Shown here: positions 9,423-19,282 of the stretch, piece by piece
How positions within the stretch are numbered: the first letter of the stretch is position 1
Layout: each line of letters starts with the position of its first letter
Assembly (NCBI GenBank): GCA_041694835.1
Contig: JBGFRZ010000067.1
Span: 1-43,511 of the forward strand
Direction of reading: 5' to 3'
Origin: Ignavibacteria bacterium
Lineage (GTDB): Bacteria > Elusimicrobiota > Endomicrobiia > PHAN01
DNA: 43,511 nt
Translations under genes and position numbers: made by a program
Notes under the pieces: model-generated
Told to the model about the DNA's origin: nothing
Seen by the model: the letters and a program-made list of their open reading frames with translations, nothing else
The model's database searches: none

Positions 9423-11615
9423 ATGAGTTATTATCACTTTCAGTCAAAACTTAGAAAAAAGAAAAGTAACAAAGACCTGAGACCATTTATATCCATATTG
9501 TTGATAGCCTTCGGAGGTGTATTATTTTATTTTCTCGTTTTTCACGACAAATCCGGCGTCGTAGGAAAAGCAGCGGCGAGAATTATGTTCCGTTTTTTCG
9601 GCAGGATTTCTTACATAGCGGCTTTATTTCTCGCTTACGAAGGGATTTTGCTTTGGAAAGAAAAAGATGCGAAAAAGTGGAGGTTCGATTTTGCGCTCGG
9701 CTCTGCGCTTTTTATCCTGTTTAGCGGGATGTTGAGTTTTGTAAGTTTTATTTTGCCGGAGCATGTGCCGAACTATGGGGGAGTTTTGGGAAAAAATATC
9801 GCCGGGTTTTTCAGAAGACTTTTCGGCGTCGCCGTTGGTTTTATATTTAATCTCTCGCTTTTCCTTTATATATTAAGTGTATTAAAAAAAATTTCATTTT
9901 ATCAGACGCTCTTAAAAGTTTACGAGCTTCTTAAAAAAGACATAGAAGAGTACAGGAAGGTAAAGAATCTTTCTAAAAAACTGGAAGAGAGGGTCGTCAG
10001 GAAAGTTGAGGCTGTAAAAACAAAAGAAATCGCCGCTATATCTAATCCGGGAGATTCCCCCGCAAAAGAAATTAAAGAAGAAAAGACTTTTACGCGAGAT
10101 GTGTCAAAATCGCCCATCAAGCCCTCCCCTTCGGAATATAATGGATACAAAATCCCGCCACCAGACATCCTTTCCTCTCCGGCGTTGATGAAAGAGGAAG
10201 AAAAACATCACAGGGACATAGACAGGGCGCAGGTGCTCAAAAAGACCCTCGAAGAATTTGGAATAAAGGTCGATGTCGGCGACATTATACCCGGCCCCGT
10301 AATAACGAGATATGATTTGAACCTTGAGGCGGGGACGAAATATCAGAGCATAACCGCTCTTGTGGAAAATTTGGCTCTCTCGCTGAAAGCGTCCTCTATA
10401 AGAGTGGTTCCTATCCCGGAAAAATCCGCTGTCGGGATAGAGGTGCCGAATCCGACTACAAAGATAGTTTCACTTAAAGAAATCGCTGGCTCCGAAGGTT
10501 TTCAAAAGCCCGCTTCTCCGCTCACGTTCGCTCTAGGTCAGACAACCGACGGCGCTTCTTATGTTACTGATATAATTCCGATGCCTCATCTTTTAATCGC
10601 CGGCGCCACCGGCTCAGGAAAAAGTGTGTGCATACACACCCTGATTCTCTCCATTCTTCTCAAAGCCCGTCCCGACGAAGTTAAATTTATTCTGATAGAC
10701 CCGAAGAGGCTTGAGCTTCCTATATACGAGGGGCTGCCGCATCTCTACGACCCGAGTGTTGAGCCGGAGGAAGCAAGGATAATAACGCAGCCCAAAAAGG
10801 CTATGATAACACTGAAGCAGCTCGTCTATATAATGGAAAAAAGATACGAACTTTTTGCGAAATACACAGTCAGAAACATCGATGGCTTTAACGAAATGGC
10901 GCATAACGACCCCGAACTCAATTTAACACCGGTGCACTACATAGTGGTTATAATAGACGAGTTGGCTGACCTTATGCTTATCTCAGGAAAAGAGATAGAA
11001 GACAACATCCAACGTCTGGCGCAGATGGCGCGGGCGGTGGGAATCCATCTTGTTCTTGCAACCCAGAGACCGTCGGTTGATGTCATAACGGGCGTGATAA
11101 AAGCAAATTTTTCGGCGAGGATTGCGTTTCAGACGACGTCTAAGGTTGATTCTCGCGTAATACTTGATACCATCGGCGCTGAGGATTTGCTTGGACGGGG
11201 CGATATGCTGTTCTTACCACCCGGCGCGCCCAGAGCGATGAGACTGCAGGGGAGTTTCGTCGGCACGAAGGACGCCGAGAGTGTTATAAAGTTTATTCGA
11301 TCTCAGGGCTTTAAACCCTCTTATACGGAATATATACACAAAGAGAAATCCACAGAAATGGAGCAGCACGAGAAGGACCAGAAGACAAAAGAATACATCG
11401 CTTCGGCGCTGAAACTCATAAATGAGCGACGGCGCGTTTCGCAGGATCTCTTGAAAGCCCATTTCGGCTCATCCTCCCGCGCAACTGACATCTTAAGTCT
11501 TCTTGAGAAAGACGGATTCATATTCAAGCCCGAGGGGACGAACAGATGGATGATACACTTCGATAAAGTGCAGGATTATCTTGAAAGGCTGTCCGACACC
11601 TCCAAATTTCTGTAA
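9423..11615 (+). CDS. ftsK: DNA translocase FtsK/SpoIIIE
   Basis: N-terminal TM region, PHLLIAGATGSGKS, IIDELADLM, LATQRPSVDVITG and GAEDLLGRGDML. Confidence 0.96.
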   Translation: MSYYHFQSKLRKKKSNKDLRPFISILLIAFGGVLFYFLVFHDKSGVVGKAAARIMFRFFGRISYIAALFLAYEGILLWKEKDAKKWRFDFALGSALFILFSGMLSFVSFILPEHVPNYGGVLGKNIAGFFRRLFGVAVGFIFNLSLFLYILSVLKKISFYQTLLKVYELLKKDIEEYRKVKNLSKKLEERVVRKVEAVKTKEIAAISNPGDSPAKEIKEEKTFTRDVSKSPIKPSPSEYNGYKIPPPDILSSPALMKEEEKHHRDIDRAQVLKKTLEEFGIKVDVGDIIPGPVITRYDLNLEAGTKYQSITALVENLALSLKASSIRVVPIPEKSAVGIEVPNPTTKIVSLKEIAGSEGFQKPASPLTFALGQTTDGASYVTDIIPMPHLLIAGATGSGKSVCIHTLILSILLKARPDEVKFILIDPKRLELPIYEGLPHLYDPSVEPEEARIITQPKKAMITLKQLVYIMEKRYELFAKYTVRNIDGFNEMAHNDPELNLTPVHYIVVIIDELADLMLISGKEIEDNIQRLAQMARAVGIHLVLATQRPSVDVITGVIKANFSARIAFQTTSKVDSRVILDTIGAEDLLGRGDMLFLPPGAPRAMRLQGSFVGTKDAESVIKFIRSQGFKPSYTEYIHKEKSTEMEQHEKDQKTKEYIASALKLINERRRVSQDLLKAHFGSSSRATDILSLLEKDGFIFKPEGTNRWMIHFDKVQDYLERLSDTSKFL

Positions 11616-11618
11616 AAG

Positions 11619-12260
11619 ATGAAAGGTAAAACTTTTTTTATTTTTACACTTGTTTTTTTTGCGTGGTTCTTCCATACTCGCGCCCTTTTTTCGCAAGACA
11701 TATTCAGGCGGCTTGAAGAATCCGAAAAAGAAACAAAGGCGGTGTCTTTCGATTTCAGGCAGTTCGTCGAGTTCGACATGCAGAACTACAGGCAAGAAAA
11801 CGAGGGAAGCGTCGTCTTTCAGAAGCCAGAAAATCTCAGGTTCGAATTGAAAAAACCGTACCGGCAGATAACAGTATCGGATGGAAAAAAGTTTTACAAC
11901 TACAACTCTCGGACGGGACAGGTGGTCGTTGCCGATTGGGAAAAGATGAAAAAATCGGGTTTGCTTTACGGCTGGCCCGAGAGTTTTGCAGGTAATTTCG
12001 CTGAACTTAAAAAACGATACGACATGAAACTTATTGAGGAAACCACCGATTATTCTTTAATTTCCATTGAAGATAAAAAGGCGGATTTTTCCATGAAATT
12101 TTATTTTGCTCCCCTGACGTTCGCCGTCGATAAAACTGAGTTTATAACTAAAGGTACCAGGATAATTACAAACATATTAAATTACAAAAAAAATCCTGAA
12201 ATAAAGAAAAATACATTCAAATTTATCCCGCCAAAAGGAGCGGAGATAATAAAACAATAG
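11619..12260 (+). CDS. lolA: Outer-membrane lipoprotein carrier protein
   Basis: Signal peptide, FRQ..GSVVFQKPENLRFE..PYRQITVSDGK, C-terminal FKFIPPKGAE; ftsK-lolA synteny. Confidence 0.85.
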   Translation: MKGKTFFIFTLVFFAWFFHTRALFSQDIFRRLEESEKETKAVSFDFRQFVEFDMQNYRQENEGSVVFQKPENLRFELKKPYRQITVSDGKKFYNYNSRTGQVVVADWEKMKKSGLLYGWPESFAGNFAELKKRYDMKLIEETTDYSLISIEDKKADFSMKFYFAPLTFAVDKTEFITKGTRIITNILNYKKNPEIKKNTFKFIPPKGAEIIKQ

Positions 12261-12359
12261 TTTTATGAGTTGATAATTGGCGGCAGGAGTGGGTCAATCA
12301 TTCAGATTTCTACATTTGTACAAATCCGGGAAATAATATCCAGCCGCTAACGGCACATC

Positions 12360-12604
12360 ATGAAAGTTTTTGTTAAAACACCGGGATGCGCAAAGGATCT
12401 TCTGGAAGCCGAGACGATATCCGGCAACCTTTTGAAGGATGGGCGCAGTTTGACTTCAGATTTGGAATCTGTGTCAGCGTTCGTCGTTCATACGAGTTCG
12501 TTCATAGGAGACGCGAGAAAAGAATCAATAGAAGCCATAAAGTTGATAACGAAAAAAAGGGCTCAAAAACAATTATCTTGCCTGTAAAACACCGCCTCAT
12601 TCAT
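12360..12604 (+). pseudogene. rimO: Remnant of a RimO/MiaB-type methylthiotransferase (UPF0004 N-terminal domain)
   Basis: TPGCAKDLLEAE resembles SLGCPKNLVDSE, and VHTSSFIGDARKESIEAI resembles INTCGFIxxAKxESI. Stops at 12587; no radical SAM or TRAM domain follows. Confidence 0.7.
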
Positions 12605-12714
12605 CAACTTTCAGCCCGCTCGTCAGTGAAAAAAATCAGTGAGAAAAACCATGAAAAACTCTTATGGCGGTGAAATTGCTTATGGTAAAATTAAAAGACG
12701 TATCCCTCAAGGGG

Positions 12715-12743
12715 TTGACAAACACTTAAAAATTTGATAACAT
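12715..12743 (+). promoter_or_regulatory. Sigma70-type promoter of the pil operon
   Basis: TTGACA (12715-12720), 17 nt, TAACAT (12738-12743) with an extended TGn. Confidence 0.65.
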
Positions 12744-12783
12744 TTTGAAATGTTTAAGAAACGGCTTAAAATTTTAACAATAT

Positions 12784-12959
12784 GAGCTCGTTGAAAAACC
12801 TTAATCTTTTGAACGATTTGGCAGTTTCAGGTTAAAAGTTGAAATCGTTTAGACCGCAATGTCTGACGAGCAAAGCGAGGAGTTTTGCGGTCTGATTGAA
12901 ACTTTTAACCGTTAAGAAACTGCCCTTTAAGTGAAAAAGATGGGTTTTTCAATAATCTC
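12784..12959. repeat. About 175-bp long imperfect palindrome (MITE/RPE-like) in the pilM leader
   Basis: Nested arms TTGAAAAACC/GGTTTTTCAA, ATCTTTT/AAAAGAT, GGCAGTTTC/GAAACTGCC, GGTTAAAAGTT/AACTTTTAACC and AGACCGCAA/TTGCGGTCT, around the apex GTCTGACGAGCAAAGCGAGGAGTT. Confidence 0.85.
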
Positions 12960-12970
12960 AATATAAAAAT

Positions 12971-14098
12971 ATGCCGATAACAGCATTGAAATCTTTGTTG
13001 TCAGCTTTTAAGGGAGCTTTGAACACCGTTGGAATCGACGCTGGCTCATTTTCTCTGAAGGTTGTTTATCTTTCGGGGAGTTCCCCGAAGTATAAACTGG
13101 AAAGCTGGGCATATATCCCACTTGACATAGAAACGTCGCTCGAACAATCCTCCGCAGAAACAAGAAACGTATTTACTACAAAACTTCAGACATACCTTAA
13201 CCAGAACCGCCAGATTCCCAAAGACATCACCACCGGGGTTGACGGGCCGAGCGTCCTTGTAAGAACGATATCCATACCCAGTATGGCGTATCAGGAGCTT
13301 GCGAAAACAATCCAATTCGAAGCTGAACCGTTTCTGCCCGTAAATATAAATGAGTGCGAACTCGGCTTTCATATTTTGGGTCCGTCCAAAGACGACCCTA
13401 AAAAGATGGACATTCTTCTGGTGGCGGCAAAAAAAGACCATATCGACAGCAAGCTCGCTCTGATAAACGATATCGGTATTAGAACCGTCGTGATAGATTG
13501 CAATGCCCTCGCCATTTACAACGCTTATGAGCTGACATACAAAAACCCGGAAACCGTTGTGATATTGAACATAGGTGCATCCATAACCAATATGGTATTG
13601 GTCGAAAACAATAACCTGAAAATCGTAAGAGATCTGGCCTACGGCGGCAATGAATTTACAAAATCGCTCCAAAGAGCAATGACCGTCGATTTTAAGGGCG
13701 CTGAAAAACTCAAGAGCAATTACGGCCTTCTTGTTACTAGCGATGAGAAAGAAAAAACACTGGCTGACGACAAAAAAGACGCCATCGGGGTTTCAATCGC
13801 TTTAACTACCCCCGCAAAAACGCTTATCGGCGACATACACAGATTCATTGAATTTTATCTCGGGCAGAATCCAGATGCCGCGATAAGCAAGATTCTGCTT
13901 TCTGGCGGCACGGCCAATCTTAAAAACCTTTCCGATTACATAGCCAAAGAGACGAGCATTCCATCCGAGATTTTCAATCCTCTGTCGTTCGTAATGGCTT
14001 CTGATATAATACCGGAGAAAGTCGCCCCTTCAATGGCGGTGGCGCTTGGCCTTGCTATGAGAAAAGAAAAAGATTACATTTCAAAGAAGAAAAAATAA
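12971..14098 (+). CDS. pilM: Type IV pilus assembly protein PilM
   Basis: Actin-like fold: VGIDAGSFSLKVV, ILNIGASITN, ILLSGGTANL, VALGLAMR; first gene of pilMNOPQ. Confidence 0.93.
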   Translation: MPITALKSLLSAFKGALNTVGIDAGSFSLKVVYLSGSSPKYKLESWAYIPLDIETSLEQSSAETRNVFTTKLQTYLNQNRQIPKDITTGVDGPSVLVRTISIPSMAYQELAKTIQFEAEPFLPVNINECELGFHILGPSKDDPKKMDILLVAAKKDHIDSKLALINDIGIRTVVIDCNALAIYNAYELTYKNPETVVILNIGASITNMVLVENNNLKIVRDLAYGGNEFTKSLQRAMTVDFKGAEKLKSNYGLLVTSDEKEKTLADDKKDAIGVSIALTTPAKTLIGDIHRFIEFYLGQNPDAAISKILLSGGTANLKNLSDYIAKETSIPSEIFNPLSFVMASDIIPEKVAPSMAVALGLAMRKEKDYISKKKK

Positions 14099-14099
14099 A

Positions 14100-14654
14100 A
14101 TGATTAAAATAAATCTGCTGCCGCAGTCGAGAATAAAAAAAGCCGAACATCCCGAAATAATGGCGCTCGCTCAACTTGCGTTTTTCGCGATTCTGATTAT
14201 TCTCGGTTCGATGTATTTTTTGAAGACGATAAAACTAAAAACATTAGAGAGCGATGTCGCCCTCGCGCAAAAAGAACGTGACAAGTATAAGGCGATAATA
14301 GACGAACTCAACTCCATAAAGGCTTTGATGAAGGAACTCGAAACAAAAAGGGACCTGATTAAAAATCTGATGAAGGTTCGCACAACGTATCCCATTTTTA
14401 TGGAAGACCTTGTCGGACATTTCCCGCGGTCAATGTGGCTCAGCTCTCTCGGCACTCAAATATTCGATGACGGGGCAATATCGTTCAATTTTAGCGCGAT
14501 AGCTCTGGACATATATACTATAGCCGACCTCGTTAAAGTGTTCGAGGGCTCGGATGTAATTAAAAATCCCGAATTGGGGGCGATAGCGCAGTTCGGTGCC
14601 GAGCCGTCGATTACATATAACTTTACGATGAAAGCGACTTACAAAAAAAATTAA
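14100..14654 (+). CDS. pilN: Type IV pilus assembly protein PilN
   Basis: MIKINLLP motif, single TM, coiled coil. Confidence 0.92.
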   Translation: MIKINLLPQSRIKKAEHPEIMALAQLAFFAILIILGSMYFLKTIKLKTLESDVALAQKERDKYKAIIDELNSIKALMKELETKRDLIKNLMKVRTTYPIFMEDLVGHFPRSMWLSSLGTQIFDDGAISFNFSAIALDIYTIADLVKVFEGSDVIKNPELGAIAQFGAEPSITYNFTMKATYKKN

Positions 14655-14655
14655 A

Positions 14656-15207
14656 ATGAGTAAGAAACAGCAGCAAAATCTCATCGGTCTCATAATAGCC
14701 CTTGTCGGATTGATATATGTTTGGAACAGTTATCTGATAGGACCTCTCAATGATAACTTGAAGAAAAAGTCAAAAGAGATAACCGATATAAGAGTAGAGA
14801 TAGAGAATCTAAAAAGGCAGTCGTTCGAACTTCCAAAGATCAAAAAACAAATCGAGTATTTGAAAGCCGAAGTCTCAGACCTCGAGAGATATCTTCCGAA
14901 GGAAAGAGAGCTTCCAGGACTTCTTAGGGCGATAACAAGAACAGCCGGAAACTTTCAGGTCAGGATATTGAACATATCGCCCGACGGCACTTCGCAGAAA
15001 CAGAATTATACCGAGCATATCTTCAGTATAACGGCTCAGGGCAATTACCATACGATAGCGAAATTCCTCTCCGAAATCGGACAAGCCGGCAGGATAATTT
15101 CAGCGAGGAATCTAAGTTTTTCTCCGATGTCTGCTACGCCCGCCGGCCCGAGCGATGTAACGATTTCAGTTAATTTTCAGCTCGTTGCTTACACATATAA
15201 AGGATAA
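14656..15207 (+). CDS. pilO: Type IV pilus assembly protein PilO
   Basis: TM, coiled coil, LPKERELPGLL and GNYHTIAKFL motifs. Confidence 0.92.
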   Translation: MSKKQQQNLIGLIIALVGLIYVWNSYLIGPLNDNLKKKSKEITDIRVEIENLKRQSFELPKIKKQIEYLKAEVSDLERYLPKERELPGLLRAITRTAGNFQVRILNISPDGTSQKQNYTEHIFSITAQGNYHTIAKFLSEIGQAGRIISARNLSFSPMSATPAGPSDVTISVNFQLVAYTYKG

Positions 15208-15211
15208 TGTA

Positions 15212-15874
15212 ATGAAGACAGAGAACAGAGGACAGGGAACAGAGGTCAAAGTGGCAGACCACAAGGCACAAGAGCACAAGCCAGAGGACGGAGGACAGAG
15301 GACAGAGGACAGAGGCGAGGGACAAGAGGTTAGGGAATGGAAATTTTTATTCAATTCCTTGTCCCCTATCCTCTATTCTCTATACGCTATTCTCTCATCT
15401 CTCATCTCTCACCTCTCACCTCTATCCACTATTCGCTATTCGCTATTTGCGAGCCTTTTGCTTCTTATTTCTTTTACCGGCTGTGGTGAAAAAACACCCG
15501 CCCCATCCCCGCCGGTATTGTCGCCAAAAATAGAAGAGTTTACGCCCCCTCCCAGAGAAGAGGTAAAAAAATACTATTACAGAGGCGAAAAGCTTCCGGA
15601 TCCTTTCGTTCCTCTAAACGTTCAAGCCCGAGCTCTCGCTCAAACTGAACTGGTTATACCGAACATAAACAGTTTATTTTTAAAAGGTGTATTTGTCGCC
15701 GGGAAAGAACAAGTTTCAGTTTTGACGGGAGGCGGGTTGAGTTATTTTGTCAGAGGAGCGAAGCTTTATGATTCAAGAAATCGCCAGATACCCGGATTCC
15801 ATTGCATACAGAAAAAAGAGAGCATAATTATCAAATCCGGCGATGTTAAAAGGGAGATAAATTTAAGAGAGTGA
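15212..15874 (+). CDS. PilP-like lipoprotein with a repeat-derived N-terminal extension
   Basis: Lies between pilO and pilQ; lipobox FTGC (Cys codon 15482); YYYRGEKLPDPFVP resembles the PilP DPF motif. Confidence 0.7.
   Translation: MKTENRGQGTEVKVADHKAQEHKPEDGGQRTEDRGEGQEVREWKFLFNSLSPILYSLYAILSSLISHLSPLSTIRYSLFASLLLLISFTGCGEKTPAPSPPVLSPKIEEFTPPPREEVKKYYYRGEKLPDPFVPLNVQARALAQTELVIPNINSLFLKGVFVAGKEQVSVLTGGGLSYFVRGAKLYDSRNRQIPGFHCIQKKESIIIKSGDVKREINLRE
15214..15448. repeat. Heptamer tandem repeat block, purine arm then pyrimidine arm, inside the pilP 5' end
   Basis: AGAGGAC-type and CACAAG-type heptamers at 15214-15330, then CTATTCT, TCTCATC and TATTCGC heptamers at 15360-15448. Confidence 0.9.
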
Positions 15875-15891
15875 ATAATTCAGGAGCGGCT

Positions 15892-17811
15892 ATGAAAAAA
15901 TTTTTTTTATTTCTATTTTTGCTTTTTTGCGTAAAATTGTCTTTTGCCGAGGGGAAAAAATTAAATGAGATTTTGCACGATGAGTCTTCAATAACTTTCA
16001 GGCTTTCTGGTCCGTGTAAGTTTAACGCTTTTAGGATTACCAACCCATTAAGGCTTGTGGTTGATTTTACGGATGCTGAACACAACCTTAAAACAAAAGA
16101 AATAATCGCAAAGGACAACAGGATTTTTTCAAAAATCAGATCGGGGCAGTTTCAAAATGAGCCGATAAAGATAGCAAGGGTTGTTGTTGAGTTGAAATCG
16201 GATGTAAATTATGAGTTGAGGGCTGAAAATTCAACGGTATACTTAAATTTTGTTACCGAAGAAAAAGCCCAAAAAGAGCCCGCGCAAGCGGCGCCAGTTC
16301 CATTAGCGGAGGTTGAAGAATCAACCGACCTTAAACCCGTTGAGGTAATAGCCGTTCCGATTGAAGAAGAGCCATCCGACAAAAAAAAAGAAAAGCCGAT
16401 GAATGTTGCTCCACAGTCGGTAAAAACGACTCCGCTCCCCAAACTTAAAGAGCCAAAACATCAGGAGCAGAAAGTCCCCGCGTCTAAACCAACCACTTTG
16501 ACTCCCGTAAAAAAGAAAGAGACTCGGCCGCAGAAGACGGTTTTGCCGAAAACGCTCGTTTCATTTGATTTTCATGAGGCGGATATCCGCGACGTACTAA
16601 GGGTTCTTTCTGCACAAAGCGGAATTAACATAATACATGGCACGGATGTCGCGGGGAGTATCACGATAACTTTGAAGAAAGTACCTTTCGACCAGGCTTT
16701 CAACACGATTTTAACCCTTGGGAATCTGGTGTCTCAGGAAGTTGGCACAAACATATTGAGAGTCATGACGCCCGCCGCTCTCACTCAGGAGCGTGCTCAT
16801 GCTGTTACTTTCACAAAACTCTTCCCTTTGAATTACGCTAAAGCCGAAGATGTAAAAACACAACTTGACGCTATAAGAAGCGCCGAAGGACGCAAAGGAA
16901 TAATCACGGTCGATGCCAGGACGAATACCCTCGTAATCACCGACACTCCAGAAGGGCTTGAAAACGCTTCTCGATTGATAGCCGAGATTGACAAAAAACC
17001 TTATCAGGTTCAGATAGAGGCGAAAATTGTCGAGGTGAATTTGGACAAAAAAATTGACCTCGGAATCAACTGGTCGTATGCCCGTTCGAATATTTCAGGC
17101 GGTGAACATCAGTATGTCGGAAAGACGCAGGCTACGGTCGGCGGAACAAGTAGGCTTTATCACGGCATGCCCCCGGGTGCTTCTAGAGTGGAAGATACGG
17201 GTCCAATGGGCGGCGGCACAGGTGTCAACTTTCCAGCTACGCCTGTTTTGGGGCAACTGGCCGGGATAAGTTTCGGAGTTATTTCCGATAATGTGCGACT
17301 GAATGCGATGTTAAGCATGCTAGCTTCAAAGGGTGTTACCAAACTTCTTTCAAATCCGAAAGTGACAACTTTGAATAATCAGGAAGCCAAAATTCTCGTA
17401 GGAGAAAGGGTGCCTTATGTTCAGCAGACGACACAACTCGGCACCGGCGCCGGCGGCGTCACATCAGAGGTGCAGTGGCTTGAAATAGGAATAAAACTCA
17501 CCGTAACACCGACGATAAACGCCGACAAGCAGATTACCCTTAAAGTATACCCGCAGGTGACTTTGCTTAGCAGAGTGACGGCCGCTGGACCCGTTGTCGG
17601 CACAAGAGAAGCACAGACGACCGTTATGATAAAAGACAATGAAACCGTTGTCATAGGTGGACTCATAGAAGAAGAGGATATAAAAAGCGCCGCGAAAGTT
17701 CCGCTTTTGGGAGATATACCCATACTCGGCCACTTGTTCAGAAGGAGTTATGACTCCAAGGAGCGTTCAGAGCTTCTGGTGTTCATTACGCCACAGATAA
17801 TTTCCGAGTAA
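15892..17811 (+). CDS. pilQ: Type IV pilus secretin PilQ (N-terminal AMIN-like domain)
   Basis: Signal peptide, NPLRLVVD, FHEADIRDVLR, VDARTNTLVI, QVQIEAKIVEV, KVPLLGDIPILGHLF and ELLVFITP. AGGAG SD before ATG 15892. Confidence 0.95.
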   Translation: MKKFFLFLFLLFCVKLSFAEGKKLNEILHDESSITFRLSGPCKFNAFRITNPLRLVVDFTDAEHNLKTKEIIAKDNRIFSKIRSGQFQNEPIKIARVVVELKSDVNYELRAENSTVYLNFVTEEKAQKEPAQAAPVPLAEVEESTDLKPVEVIAVPIEEEPSDKKKEKPMNVAPQSVKTTPLPKLKEPKHQEQKVPASKPTTLTPVKKKETRPQKTVLPKTLVSFDFHEADIRDVLRVLSAQSGINIIHGTDVAGSITITLKKVPFDQAFNTILTLGNLVSQEVGTNILRVMTPAALTQERAHAVTFTKLFPLNYAKAEDVKTQLDAIRSAEGRKGIITVDARTNTLVITDTPEGLENASRLIAEIDKKPYQVQIEAKIVEVNLDKKIDLGINWSYARSNISGGEHQYVGKTQATVGGTSRLYHGMPPGASRVEDTGPMGGGTGVNFPATPVLGQLAGISFGVISDNVRLNAMLSMLASKGVTKLLSNPKVTTLNNQEAKILVGERVPYVQQTTQLGTGAGGVTSEVQWLEIGIKLTVTPTINADKQITLKVYPQVTLLSRVTAAGPVVGTREAQTTVMIKDNETVVIGGLIEEEDIKSAAKVPLLGDIPILGHLFRRSYDSKERSELLVFITPQIISE

Positions 17812-17821
17812 TTATTGAGAT

Positions 17822-19282
17822 GTGCTGCAAACATATATCATTTTCATTTTGTTTTTTGGGGTCGTCGCCAGAGGCATCTGGGATGTATGGTCCCAAGCCT
17901 TTGTCCATAGTTTAACCGCCTTATTTTTTTTATACTTATCGGTAAGACAAAGAATTAAATTCCCCGCGGACACGCCTTCAAAAGTATTTCTCATTTTTAT
18001 TGTTTTCTTGCTCTTCAACACATTTATCTCGAAGAACCGATTCGACAGCTTTAACGAGTTTTTAAATCACGCCAATTATTTTTTATTTTTTTTGCTTGCG
18101 GCGAAATTGTCTCGTGGCGAAGCCGTGAAAATCAAAACAGGCGTTTTCTATATAGGCGTTTTTTTGGCTTTGCTTTTTTTGATGCAAAAAGTGTTTCAAC
18201 CGCATAATGCCCTCTGGGCCACCCTCCCCAAGCAGAACATCCTTTCTTCCGTTTTGATTATTTCGCTGTTGCTTTCGATTGAATATTTTCGCCTCAACGG
18301 AAGAAATCTTGTCGGGATTTTTATAATTGCTCTCGCCCTATTTTTTTGTTTGACGGTCTCCACGAGCATAGGCCTTATCTCGGGAATTTTCTATATATTA
18401 TTCGCGAAGCATAAAAAAATCAGACTCCACCTTGTAATTTTGACCTTTACAATTCTTGCGTTTTTTGGTTTCATTAAAATCTCGGAACCCAATGTAACGG
18501 ACAGATTTTTCTGGTGGCTGTCTGCAATCGACATTTTCAGGGATTATCCGTTTTTCGGCGTTGGTCTGGGGAATTTTGAAAGATACGTACAGCAGTATAA
18601 CTACTCAGGTTTCCACAGCACATACGCTCACAGTTACTATCTTAATTTGCTTTCTGAGGTCGGCATACTCGGGGTCGGTTTATTTATTATTTTGCTCTAT
18701 ATTATTTTGAAAAGAATCGATAATTTTTACGTTTTCGGCGCGACATTGTCGATTATCATCACGGGAATTATGGACTATCCCTTGAATATCCCGATTATAA
18801 GTTTTTTTTTGTTTTGCATATCCGGACTTGAAATGCAGAAGAAAGAGATGTCCAATTCTTCGTCGAGGTTTAAAGTGGGTTTTAGGGTGATGATTTTCGC
18901 TGCGGCGTTTCTTTTTTTATTGGGCGGTTTTATAAAATTCGACACTTCCAGAAAAATTGAGATGGCAAAGCGCTATTATGGCGAAAAAGAATTTCTAAAA
19001 TCGATTGACGAACTCGATAAAATATATTTTGTGTCTTTATGTAAGTTGCAAGTTTACGAGTTGAAGTTTAAAAATCTGATAGAACTTAAAAAAGCAGAAG
19101 AGTCGCTTATATGCGCTAAAAATCTCGTAAATTTGGAAAAAATGAATGCAAAAAATTGGTATTATCTCGCTGTCGCCGCCTCCATAAACAAAGATTATGA
19201 TTTGAAAAAAAAAGCGTTAACAAACGCGGCGAGAATTGCCCCCTATAACAATTTCTACAGGCAAATGATGAGAGCGCTATGA
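17822..19282 (+). CDS. O-antigen ligase / O-oligosaccharyltransferase-like (Wzy_C) membrane protein with C-terminal TPR-like region
   Basis: R..WW..AIDIFRDYPFFGVGLGNF and YAHSYYLNLLSEVGILG motifs; many TM helices. Confidence 0.85.
   Translation: MLQTYIIFILFFGVVARGIWDVWSQAFVHSLTALFFLYLSVRQRIKFPADTPSKVFLIFIVFLLFNTFISKNRFDSFNEFLNHANYFLFFLLAAKLSRGEAVKIKTGVFYIGVFLALLFLMQKVFQPHNALWATLPKQNILSSVLIISLLLSIEYFRLNGRNLVGIFIIALALFFCLTVSTSIGLISGIFYILFAKHKKIRLHLVILTFTILAFFGFIKISEPNVTDRFFWWLSAIDIFRDYPFFGVGLGNFERYVQQYNYSGFHSTYAHSYYLNLLSEVGILGVGLFIILLYIILKRIDNFYVFGATLSIIITGIMDYPLNIPIISFFLFCISGLEMQKKEMSNSSSRFKVGFRVMIFAAAFLFLLGGFIKFDTSRKIEMAKRYYGEKEFLKSIDELDKIYFVSLCKLQVYELKFKNLIELKKAEESLICAKNLVNLEKMNAKNWYYLAVAASINKDYDLKKKALTNAARIAPYNNFYRQMMRAL

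Noticed and set aside
12386-12673. 95-aa ORF overlapping the rimO remnant
   Set aside because: Alternative frame with no recognisable family; the overlapping frame carries the RimO-like motifs.
12863-12882. Hammerhead-ribozyme-like CTGACGAG..CGAGG
   Set aside because: Lacks the required GAAA and the three-stem junction; it is the apex of a long palindromic element.
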